DNA of 64,000 nucleotides from Octopus sinensis. Its lineage: Eukaryota. The position numbers were made by a program, and so were the translations under genes. The notes beneath the pieces were generated by a model that saw nothing but the letters and a program-made list of their open reading frames with translations, was not told where the DNA came from and did not search any database. The first letter of the stretch is position 1; each line of letters begins with the position of its first letter. The stretch covers positions 62,001 through 126,000 of the forward strand of contig NW_021837025.1 in NCBI RefSeq assembly GCF_006345805.1, written 5' to 3'. Below, in pieces: positions 1 through 10,298 of this stretch.

Positions 1-199
1 ATTGAATTGATGTATTTTCTATTACTAAACAGACAACACTTGCTTTTTAAGAGTTGATATAAAATTTTCTATTTGAGTTTTTGTATATCACGGGGAATTT
101 TTCTTAATTGCTGAATTTAAGAATAAAATTCATTCTGAAAGAAAAAAATTTTTAGTTGCCTAAATGTTGTTTTTCCTAAATTCTACATTTACGCTGTTA

Positions 200-590
200 T
201 TAGGTAGGGTTATAAAAATAGACAGCTTCACTTATGTGATTTGTCCAATTTTTATCCCCTTCATTCTTCATCATTTTCGATAAGGATCTTGTTAAGGTTT
301 GATTAAACCTTTCCACAATTCCTTGGCTTCTGGGATTATTTGGCCTGCTGTGGACTTGCTTAATCTTAAATCTTTTGCACAATTCATGAATATGTGCATT
401 TTTAAATTCAGTCCCATTGTCAGACTGCAATATTTGACAAGGGCCAAATTGTAAAAAAATTTCAAGAAAATTTTTGGACACTTCATGTCCACTTTTATTG
501 ACAAGATTACGTGTAAACACAAATTTAGAAAAAACGTCGATAACAACCAAGATCCATGCAAATGAATCATTTAAGTGTTTAAACCTACAA
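200..590 (-). mobile_element. DDE integrase (rve) fragment, Gypsy/Ginger/KRBA2-like
   Basis: Translation WILVVIDVFSKF...LQSDNGTEF...PRSQGIVERFNQTL contains the D, D and E integrase motifs. No other element domains are visible in the window. Confidence 0.85.
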
Positions 591-618
591 TAAACAAATG
601 AATTACATTTTTATGAAT

Positions 619-1111
619 TACAGGGGTTTCCCCAGATAGAGGGGTTTTCTAATATTAACGAAAAAAACTAACGTTTTGTTAATTTAAAACCAAAAGATGT
701 TTATTCTTAATTTCATTTAACAATTTTAGTCTTTACTTGTCGGCAAATGATCCGTTATTTTCGCTCCGAATTTGTACTTTTGAATTAATCGATCCATTGT
801 CAAATTAATCGATCCAAAACGACCTTGTCGAGAAATGAATGTTTATCACTATTATCGGGTTCTCTGAAGCCCTCAGAACCTTCACATCCATCAAAATTAC
901 ATCCATCAAAACAACAGAAACACGTTATTATTAGTTATTATAAAATAAAATTCAAAAATTATAACTAAAAAATATATAAAATATTAAATGCCCCATAACG
1001 GGGTTTATCTTATAAAGAATAAACAGAAAAGCTCCTAATAGAAATTCAAATTGCCCCAAAACCCGAGGGTGCCCCACGTCCGGGGTCGCCCCAATAAGGG
1101 GTTGCACTGTA
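619..1111 (-). mobile_element. Tc1/mariner-type MITE, partial copy
   Basis: 619-802 is the reverse complement of about 37995-38181. 1060-1111 ends GGGGTTGCACTG-TA and is the reverse complement of the TA-CAGTGCAACCCC terminus at 37806. Confidence 0.75.
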
Positions 1112-1231
1112 TTCATATTTATACATTCTGACTTTTTTTTGAACACGACCCATAAAGATAACTAGAAATCACGGTTAGAAATAAAAAATTATTGACTTCT
1201 AACATAAGATTTTAATTTTTCAAATATTAGC

Positions 1232-1256
1232 AATCGCCCACCGTTGAGAACCACTG
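1232..1256. mobile_element. Isolated hAT (Buster/Charlie-like) terminus
   Basis: ATCGCCCACCGTTGAGAACCACTG resembles the TTCGCCCCCGGTTGAGAACACCTG end at 55029-55052. Confidence 0.4.
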
Positions 1257-1378
1257 ATTTAACGTGCTACAAATTAAGTAAAGACACAATTTATAAGCAA
1301 TTTTGTGAAAGTGAATGTCCGAAATGAGCATGAGAACTAATTTTCCCGACAAAGACGTCGACTGGAACTTGGCTGACC

Positions 1379-2495
1379 TCAAGAACAGTCAGTATTGGCA
1401 GAAGTATTATTAGTAATGACACGATTTGTGTGTCTAGTAGTTGGTCTAAAAGACAGCAGAAATTGGTCAGTCCTCAATGTGTTCAGAATTCCTTTCCGGA
1501 AGGGCAGGTTGGCAGTCAGTCGAAAGAACACGTGATTGTCGACAGACCTCTTCCATAAACTTTTGGCCTGTCTTTGATCCTTCATTCGATATGTTTGGGT
1601 CGTGTACGTGCCTTTTTGTCTGAACTTGACAATAAAGTGGAGTCCTCTGTACGACAGTTTGACAATCTTTATTCACGTGAATCGGAACATCCTGAGACTG
1701 TCCAAATATATCACAATTCCAATGCAGCCCACTCCGAATGTGACTGCCAGTCCGTCGATTACTTCCCCCTCAAAAAATTCGAAACTATAGCGTGGGAGTT
1801 TTCTGACGATGTCGAGGAAGTGCACGTCGGCCTCCGTGTTGGTAAGTTGATTCAACATTTTGTGGGCCTCCCGAATGGTGGCCAAGTATTCCATCGAGGG
1901 ATTATCCATCAGAACGTGATTGATGGCCTTCTTCTGGTAGTCCTCGGTCATTTGGTACTCTCCCAACTCACTCTGGAGAAGTAGGAGGCTAACAGTGTCT
2001 GCACTCCGAAAGAACATTCGATTTTGTTCTCTTCAATGTCTTTCCGGAGTTGGAGACACAGCATGTACTTGGTCAGTTCATTCCCCACTTTGGTGGGGTC
2101 AGGGGGATAATACTTGACCCCAAACACCACAATCTCGTCTAAAATATTTGACCATCACAGAAACCTTTGATTGGCTTGTCCATGTTTAGCCATTTTCTCT
2201 CACTGAATCCCCGAATAACGTAGAAGGAGAAAAAGTTGTAGTCCGTTATTCTGTGTTGGTCACAGAACATGTTCAACACAGTTTGTGCTAATGTGTTCTT
2301 CTAAGAACAATTTTTCAGTACAAATACGTCTTTGTCGATTGTGAACTGCTCTCCAGTCAGATTCATTACTACACAAGGCTTTGAAATGCCACTAAGTTTT
2401 TCTGATCTTCCATTTTTGGGTGTTCTGTTCGTGTTTGTGGGCACCATTCCGAAAGAACTGTCAAAGGAAAGGTTGCTCATGTTAAAAGTAGACAT
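1379..2495 (-). CDS. FERM-domain protein, band 4.1/coracle-like (multi-exon; 3' end approximate)
   Basis: FGVKYYPPDP, YMLCLQLRKDI, LLASYF, QSELGEY and AKSLWKRSVDNHVFFRL are FERM N/M/C motifs spread over several frames. Confidence 0.85.
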
Positions 2496-2682
2496 TCTAA
2501 AACAAGCTATATTTCTTCCTTTCCGGATTCTTAACCGATAAAATATTTTATGCTTTGTTAGAAATAAAATAAAACTTGGAAATTTCTATGAATTGTATCG
2601 GCATATTAAAATGTCCATTTGAGACATTTTCCATTTTAGCAACAAAAATGACAAGCATATATTTCCAGTGACAAGACTCCAT

Positions 2683-4128
2683 GTGACTCCTCTGAAATTG
2701 GCCACCTCTGAAATTGACCACACTTATAAAATTATCTTAAGAAAAATTCGAATTTCCATTGAAAGTGACCAATTCTCAAATTGACCATAAATTTTAAAAT
2801 ATATTTTATATAATTTGCAAATTAATAAAATTTCAGTTATTTTATGTCTTCGAACAATTCTCATGGTAATTTAACTTATATCAAAAAATACAGATTTTAA
2901 CTTATAAAAATCAAAATGAAGATGTTTCATGTCAGTATTTGGCTGATAGATTTTCCCATTTGTTTAAAAAGAAGATTTCCGGAAAAACAATTAATAATAT
3001 TATTTTGAAAAAAGATTTTTTTCTCAAAGAGTGTAAAAAACAAAATCTATCTTCAAAAATGCGCATAGACTCAAGTTCCCACAGCTTGATGCTATGTTAG
3101 TTGAATGGATGGATTCGATTGAGTCTAAAGGTAATTTGTACTAATTTATGATTAAGGTGGCGTTCTTAATGATGCTTTAATTTCAAATAAGGCTAATTTA
3201 TTCGCAGCTGAATCAAAACTGGATAATTTTAAAAACTCAAATGGATACCTTCATAAATTCAAAAAGAGGCATGGTTTTCAAAATTTCGATCAGCACAGAC
3301 TTGCATGTCTCCGCGCAGGCTGCTGCACAGGGAGTGGGGCCTGGCTGGATGCTCTCCCTGTCCCTTCCACCGGTAACCTATTAGACAAAGATTGCCTACG
3401 AATTGGTTTATCATTGCGTCTTGGATTGGAAATCTGCGAAATACACAAATGTCGTTGTGGTGCTGTCATTGACCGTTTTGGTCTACATCCCCTTTCCTGT
3501 CGTCGCAGTGCAGGGCGCGCACCACGCCATGCAGCACTTAACGACGTTATTCAGAGGGGGCTCACGGCCGCTGGGATTCCATCAATCCTCGAACCCGTCG
3601 GGCTTGCGAGGGGAGACGGAAAAAGACCCGACGGCCTATCGACTTTCCCGTTTGAGTTCGGCAAGTCTCTGTTATGGGATGCGACGTGTTCAGACACTTT
3701 CTCGGAGCTCAACCTTCCTTCTTCAGCTGTCGAGCCTGGCTCAGTCTCTCGCAAAACCGAGAAGATGAAGATTGGAAAGTACAAGGAGCTCTCTGAACGG
3801 TATCTGTTCACTCCCATCGCCGTCGAGACTTCCGGCGTCATCGGCGAAAAGTCTCTTTCCTTTCTAAAAAAGCTTGGCCGCATGGTCTCCCATAAACGGG
3901 GAGACCCACGCGAGTCCAAGTGGCTTTTCGAAAGGATTTCCTTGGCCATAGTACGTGGAAACTGTGTTTCCATTTACGAGGCCGGAAATTTAGTTAGTTA
4001 ATAACTATTTGTTAATTACATATAACATTCATTTAGAAAGATTGATTTTATTTCTCAAATTGGCCATTTCTCGAATTGACCACAAAAACACGTGGAACCA
4101 AAAATGGCCAATTTCAGAGGAGTCACTG
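2683..4128 (+). mobile_element. pogo/Tigger DNA transposon remnant (HTH part of transposase, DDE domain absent)
   Basis: 22-bp TIR GTGACTCCTCTGAAATTGGCCA at 2683 and its inverse at 4105-4126, ending CTG-TA. Translation ISGKTINNIILKK and FPQLDAMLVEW...FKNSNGYLHKFKKRHG matches CENP-B-type HTH domains. Confidence 0.85.
3291..4001 (+). mobile_element. 5'-truncated CRE-like non-LTR retroelement: Zn-knuckle plus restriction-like endonuclease, open frame
   Basis: SGAWLDALP...LRLGLEIC...CRCG...HPLSC...RH...EPVGL..GDGKRPDG...WDATC...KYKEL...P.AVETSG...LFERISLAIVRGN is the C-terminal signature of CRE-clade RLE elements. Confidence 0.85.
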
Positions 4129-4429
4129 TATTTTGAAAATCGTGCTATCTTAAACGCCAAATTTGACTAATTATTAGGAATGTGGTGTTCATCATATCCG
4201 AATACTTCGAACTGACTGAATTTTCTTCTGCCCTCGAAGTTTAGACTGCATCTTGTCTCGCCTTGCCTCATAAGAGTCACAAAAGTTATACTCATTCCAT
4301 CACATTTTCCGCCAGAATTAGAAGTACCACTAGTACAGTGAATGGTTTCCATCGGTCTACATTGATAAGTGTTATGACAAAGGATACCAGTGGTCTACAC
4401 AGGTCTAACAGACTACGTGGTCTATACAG

Positions 4430-4680
4430 GTTTAACAACTAAGTGAATAATTATGTTATGAGAAGTGTACAAGGAATGTGACAGTTTTGGCATTCCAGAA
4501 GGAGTATGAATTGTCGAAAATGAACAAATAACTGGGCCTCTCCCCTCCCACCAATCTTGTGCCCTCGAAGCCATGTTGAAAGGCTGCTTCAGGAATAAAA
4601 TGTCGAATACGGCCAAGAATCAACTTTTCAAGAATTCTCGAGAAACTAAACTTTCTTAAAGCATTTCTTGGAAACTTGGA
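4430..4680 (-). pseudogene. Degraded LINE reverse-transcriptase fragment
   Basis: SRILEKLILGRIRHFIPEAAFQHGF closely matches SKILERLVLGRIEDFLPERHFQ at about 12500. Confidence 0.7.
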
Positions 4681-4689
4681 AGACGCCAA

Positions 4690-4876
4690 AGGAACTTACG
4701 GATTAGAGTCTCTATACACCCAATACATTAAACCGGCAATTGGTTACGGATGTACAGTATGGGGAAGCAATCAGGCATATACAAATGTCAAAAAATCGAC
4801 AATATTCAAATGGAGATGCGCTGTAGAACACAGAGAAAAGATGCGAAGGTTTCTAAAAGAGGCTGGGATCACCTGA
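4690..4876 (+). pseudogene. LINE 3' end fragment
   Basis: LYTQYIKPAIGYGCTVW is a LINE ORF2 C-terminal motif. The ending EHREKMRRFLKEAGIT* is shared with 20740-20850. Confidence 0.6.
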
Positions 4877-5227
4877 AATAGTTAAATATGGTTATGACGG
4901 TGTTTTTGGTGCTAATAAATAATTTAAAATTTGCTCATAATAACCTCGACGAGGACATATTTCCTAGACAAGCGGAAAAGTTGGGCCTAGATGAAGTGGT
5001 TAAAAACTTGATTTGTTCCAAATTCTAAGTCACTCATATTTACATCGGTTTACTTTAATATCAGCCAACTTGAGCACACCTCATTCTGGTGATTAGGTTA
5101 TGTTCTTGTGTGGTCCACTAGATCTCCCACCTCCCATAGTATTTGGATATTTTAATAGTAAAAATTCAAGAAAAAATTTCGGAATTTTAAAACTTAAATA
5201 AAAATTGTACAATCGTGTCTAGTGGGG

Positions 5228-6701
5228 ATGAAGTTAAGCAAATTAGGGATCGACAAATTAAATTTAGAAGGCAAGCGAGTACTAATGCGGTATATAAAAC
5301 AATATAATAGGCAGAGTAGATTTCAATGTACCAATGAAGGGGGCACATATAACTAACAATCAAAGGTTGTCGGCTATCCACAATATAGAATTGTGGCTGC
5401 CCTTCCCTCCATTAAATACGCCTTGGACAACAAGGCCACGTGCGTCGTATTGATGAGCCATTTGGGACGACCTGACGGGTTGCCCAATCTAAAATATTCA
5501 CTCAAGCCAGTCGCCACCGAACTGAGCCGACTTTTGGAAATGTCAGTCCTTTCCTTATTCCAGGGATGTCACATTTGTCCCCGACTGTCTCGGAGCTGAC
5601 GTATGCAGGACTAATAGCCCGCCAAAAGTGATACTTCTCGAGAACTTGCGATTCCACGTGGAGGAGGAGGGGAAGGGAATTTCAGAGGGCGGGAAAAAAG
5701 TGTGGATTGAATAATTCACAAGGTGACTGCCTCGGAAGAGCAAATGAAGGCCTTTGGGGACGAGTTGTCGACTTATGGAGATGTTTATGTCAATGATGCC
5801 TTCGGGACTGCCCACAGACCTCACAGGTTGCACGTGCACTCACACCGGAAGTTCGATGACAAGAATCAGGTTACCACAAAGAGCTGCCGGGTTTTTACTA
5901 AAGAATGAGCTTGATTATTTTGCGTGTGCGTTGGAGAGTCCCAAACGTCCATTTGTAGCAATTTTGGGGGGGTGGTGTTTCAGAGTGACAAATTAGAGCA
6001 AAAGTGGTGGATAAAATCCCAATAATCGACAACCTTCTGGGAATAGTGGACGATCTGATAATCGGGGGAGGGATGTGCTTCACATTTCTCCGGGAAATAA
6101 AGAAAATGGAGGTATAGTCCAGTAATCACCAGATTGGGTCCTCGATGTATGACCAAGAGGGGGCAGGGAAGGTTCACGACTTTTGGAGGAAGGCGAAGGC
6201 CAATGGGGTCACCATTCACCTCCCTGTTGACTTTGGGGTCGCCTCCGAGTTTTCAGAATTGGCGGAGAGGACAGAAAGTACAATTGAGTCAGGAATTCCC
6301 GCCAATTGTTTGGGGCTTGATATTGGTCAATCCTCCTCAGATATATTTGGTGGTGTGATTGGCAGGGCTGGGACAATCGTGTGGAATGGGTAGTCGTGGG
6401 CTGACAATTGCAGTCCTCCGGGAGTGTTCGAGTTCCCTAATTTTGAGAGAGGGACCAGGCTGATGGCGGAGGCAGTAGGGAAGGCGACAGAGGGAGGGAC
6501 AGTCTCCATAATAGGTATAGGAGGGTCAGCACAGTAGGTGGAGGAGACACAGCAACTGCTCTGGTCAATCTGGGGATAACTGCGAGAATGAGCATGGTCA
6601 GTACTGGAGGGGGTGCCGCTCTAGAACTGCTGGAGGGTGGGTTTCACTCGTACATTATAGGGAAAATACTGCCCGGAGTGAACTATTTGACAGATGCATA
6701 A
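5228..6701 (+). CDS. PGK: Phosphoglycerate kinase, 11 exons
   Basis: [27 protein letters not shown]...[10 protein letters not shown]...[12 protein letters not shown]...NDAFGTAHR...GGGDT...[14 protein letters not shown]. The frame is restored by ten GT-AG introns of 21-25 nt. Confidence 0.97.
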
Positions 6702-6742
6702 CTAACACAACTAATTAATGTCCTTATTATTAGTATAATAAG

Positions 6743-7875
6743 TTATAGCCTCCTTGGCCCTCTGTTCTTAGGGCCAGTGGGTCGAGTGTACGTCTTAATG
6801 GACATATCGACCTCCGGGTAGACTAGACTGGTGATGTACTCCTCAGTCATTTCCTCCAGACTCTCCAACTCGCACTAGGGATGATCCCCCGACAGTACCG
6901 GGAATAGTTTGTCCACCCCGATGGATGAAATGTACTTGAACAGTCCAGCCTTGGACGAGGCAAGCGTCATCCTTTCTTTAACTGAAGACCCATTGCCGGG
7001 AACAATATATACAAACACTATAAATATATAATCCCACCAACCATAGACAGATTGAGAACGTTTATCCCTCTGGTGGTCATATCTGAATAGGAAGAATCCC
7101 TTCTTGTCCACCATCCGTCCCAACTCGGCAAGACTGGTGGAAGTGCGAGCCAAGAAGACGATGGTCTCCCTCCCCAAATCCACGTCCTTGAATGAGAATC
7201 CAGACAAACCAAGTGAATGAGGTTTCCTTCCTTTTTGAGCACTTTGTTCAATTCAGGCAACACATTCTGGTCGACCGGGAGGTTGATCTGTGAGGTGGAT
7301 AACCCAGCAGTGGTCATGGCAGTCCTCTATGTTAGGGACACACTCAACCTCCGCACTGTCCAGTTCTCGCTCACTCCTCTCCTGTGCACTCAAGGCATCC
7401 TCAGTGCACCCAGAACACAGTGCTTGGAAGGCAGCCAGGGATACGTCCTCCTGGGACATGTCGAGTGAGGAGTACGTGGGCAGAGGCGGAGGGGATGACC
7501 CTGGCAACCCTTTCACGGCCGAATACTCGGAGGAGATGGCTTTGGGCGAGTGACATTATCATCTTGTTACGAGTGGACTGGGGAATCCACGTGATGAGGA
7601 CATATTGGTAGGAGGTGGAGGTTTGTGTATCCAGGCGAATGAGCAGAAGAGCGGGTTCCGAGTCGTTGCATTCGGGGAGAATACACAAGTCCCACTCATA
7701 TTCGCACCCCACTCTGCACTGACGAGTGTCCTTCAGGACTAGTTGTTCATCCGACAGCACAATTTTGATAAGTCGGAGATTAGGTGGAGTGTTGTTTAGG
7801 AGATTTGTTAGTTCAGATGATACTATTCAGGTTATGCATTATTACATTACGAGATAATGACACATTAGAACACAT
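6743..7875 (-). CDS. TWF: Twinfilin (two ADF-H domains)
   Basis: LIKIVLSDEQLV, EPALLLIRLD, RNKMIMSLAQSHL, FFLFRYDH, FVYIVPG..SSVKERMTLASSK and the C-tail YTRPTGPKNRGPRRL. Confidence 0.8.
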
Positions 7876-7940
7876 CACCAGATTATAGTTCTATTTATTT
7901 ATTAATCCTTAATAAGTTAATTAATTAATTTCAATATTAA

Positions 7941-8590
7941 TTAACAGAGTCCAGAGTCAGCAGGGGGGTCATAAATAATTTTATGAATAGTTTTGAACTG
8001 TGGAGAAGAGGCATCCCGACACAACTCGAAGATAAGACTGTCAGTAGTGGTGAGATATGCCCCAGCACTGGCCATGCGAGAGAAAGCATATTTTCTACAG
8101 AATAAGAAAGGGCGTGCCTGTCAGTCATTGTTCTGGCAGAAACCGCATCGACAGGAATGTGGACAGAATATCCCGCCTCAATCAAGTCCAAAGCAGATTG
8201 TTGGACACAAACATGTGCCTCGATTCCACATATCACCACTGATTTGACTTGAGCTGCTCATATTAGACAAGTCACCAACATTGCTCCATCAACCACTCCG
8301 ACACGGGTGGTATCACCATCGAGAATTTTGTTTTGGCAAACACTGGTGAACTCCCCAGGTCGATTTCAGGTACAGTTGACCCCAGGCCTACAAGGAGGGA
8401 TACAAGACTTACCTTTGGGGTACTGCTCGGTGGCTAGAATGGGCATTTCCATTATTCTCCCACAACACACCAGACGGTTCGCCAGAGTAACAATTTCCTT
8501 GAAATATTTGATCGAAGGCGCGAATTTTGACTGCAAATCACACACAAAAAGTGCAGTAGAACCAACTGTCAACCGCCCTACATTAACCAT
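7941..8590 (-). CDS. Isochorismatase domain-containing protein (ISOC1/2-like)
   Basis: [50 protein letters not shown]. Three micro-introns, the last GC-AG at 8095-8117. Confidence 0.92.
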
Positions 8591-8731
8591 ACAATTTATT
8601 TCAACTAATATATAAAGTACATAAATTATATTATTAATATATAAATAAACTTAATACATTCTTCTCTAAAATGGAGGGAAAATAAACACAGTATAGAAAT
8701 AAATAAAAAATTTTATTTGAAGAGAAAACTA

Positions 8732-9061
8732 TCATTTGGGATAATTCTCGGTAGGATTACGTAGAATGGATTTAGGCTGGGAATGATAAATCAAACAACC
8801 TCTGGGGAGGACGAGAGGGTTGCTGTCTTCTTGAGAATGGACTGGAATGTCAACAAAACACAACCACTGGGTCTTTGTGGCAATTACTAGTCAGATTTTT
8901 GCGTAGAATTGATCTGGGCTGGGGGAGTATGGATGTGGCACTCGCAGGGTCTTCTCGTGGTTGTTCGGTAGACTTGGGAACGAACTCGTCTTTTTTCCGT
9001 AAAATAGACTTGACAGGCTTAGGATTAATTTATTTTCAGCTACAATTTTATTTTCTTGCAT
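8732..9061 (-). CDS. Predicted 85-aa microprotein with four SIL[KR] motifs
   Basis: Exons 9061-9044, 9017-8865, 8841-8800 and 8776-8732, joined by GT-AG introns of 26, 23 and 23 nt, give MQENKIPVKSILRKKDEFVPKSTEQPREDPASATSILPQPRSILRKNLTSNCHKDPVSILKKTATLSSSPEPKSILRNPTENYPK*. Confidence 0.65.
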
Positions 9062-9432
9062 TTATCAAGACTATTTATCGAATCTATACTTATTTTGGAA
9101 AGTACCACGTAGGTTAAAAGTATACTACCAACAATCAATTATCTGTTAACTATTACTGTTGAAATACAAAATGATTAAATAAATATAAATTATATAATTA
9201 ATTATTTTAGATCAGACTCCATTCTTTCTTGAAACTTAACAAAATATATGAGCTATTCATCTGGTCAACGAGGACGCTCTAATGGAGTTACCAGATCTGT
9301 ATCTACTAAAGAATTGCCCCACAATAGTCCCTCGGGGTAACACGCAGAAAGCCGGCAGATCCAAAAGGATCAAACTATTTCCAGTCCAAAGCGTATGAAT
9401 CGTACGAAACAAACCATTTTTTATGGAAGATA

Positions 9433-10298
9433 TTATGTCACATGGGCAACTATGTCGTTATGGGCAGTCTGTCCTTTTACGTGTTTCTATGGAAACCGCG
9501 GAAAAGGTATTAAATATTGAATATAGCAATTTATATATGGAAGAGTGTAGATTAATCAATTATTCTAATTAAAAATTACATTTGAATTATCTTTTAAAAA
9601 TGGCTTACCCAAAAGTATATTAATTTTAACAGCGTGGTCTCTCACACTTTGTGATGTCGGGTTTAAGGGTTACGTCAGAAATATTAACGAATACAATCAA
9701 ATTAAGGAAACGTTAATCGGATATTCCCGGAGGATATGAATGCTCGAAGCAAACACCGGTTGGTTAAAAAAGCTTCCAATTTTGTCAAAAATGTCTGAAG
9801 AATCGTCAGCAGAAACATCATTTAATTTCGAGTTAGGGTTACGTTAGGGTTTGGGTTAAGGTTAGGGTTCAGATTAGGGTTCAGATTTTGAATATATTTA
9901 TGTTGTCACTTGCCAACGTTAGGGTTAAGGTTAGGGTTCAGATTTTGAATATATTTATGTTGTCATTTGCCAACGTTAGGGTTTGGGTTAAGGTTAGAGT
10001 TAAAGTTGTTACAAACTTTGCAAAAAATTTGATGTAAATTATAATTTGCTAATGTTGCAATTTATATTATCAAAAATAAAAATAATTCACATTATAATTT
10101 GCTAATGTTGTAAATAATTTTACTATTTTAAAGCAAGCATGGTTCAAATATAAAACATCATTTTCTCAAAAATTTATAATAGTTGGCCTTTTAGTAAATA
10201 TTTGCTATGTAGTTGCCATGGAAACACGTAAAGGCCAGGTTGCCCATAGGGGTCTGATCACCCATGTGATCACCCATCTGATCTGGTCTGATCACCCA
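9433..10298. mobile_element. Non-autonomous TIR element, copy A
   Basis: The first ~185 bp match 10299-10482. The right end (AGTTGCCATGGAAACACGTAAAGG..GGTTGCCCATAGGGG) is an imperfect inverse of the left subterminal sequence. Confidence 0.65.
9832..10005 (+). repeat. Interstitial TTAGGG-like repeats with an internal ~56-bp duplication
   Basis: About seven TTAGGG hexamers plus TTTGGG and TTAAGG variants. GGTTAGGGTTCAGATTTTGAATATATTTATGTTGTCAYTTGCCAACGTTAGGGTT occurs twice. Confidence 0.8.

Noticed and set aside
5228-6701. Frameshifted pseudogenes or a variant genetic code explaining the fragmented ORFs
   Set aside because: Each break in PGK is resolved by a GT-AG micro-intron, and standard stops end genes at the expected positions.
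9832-10005. True telomere or chromosome end
   Set aside because: The repeats are few, degenerate, interspersed with other sequence and enclosed in a TIR element in mid-contig.
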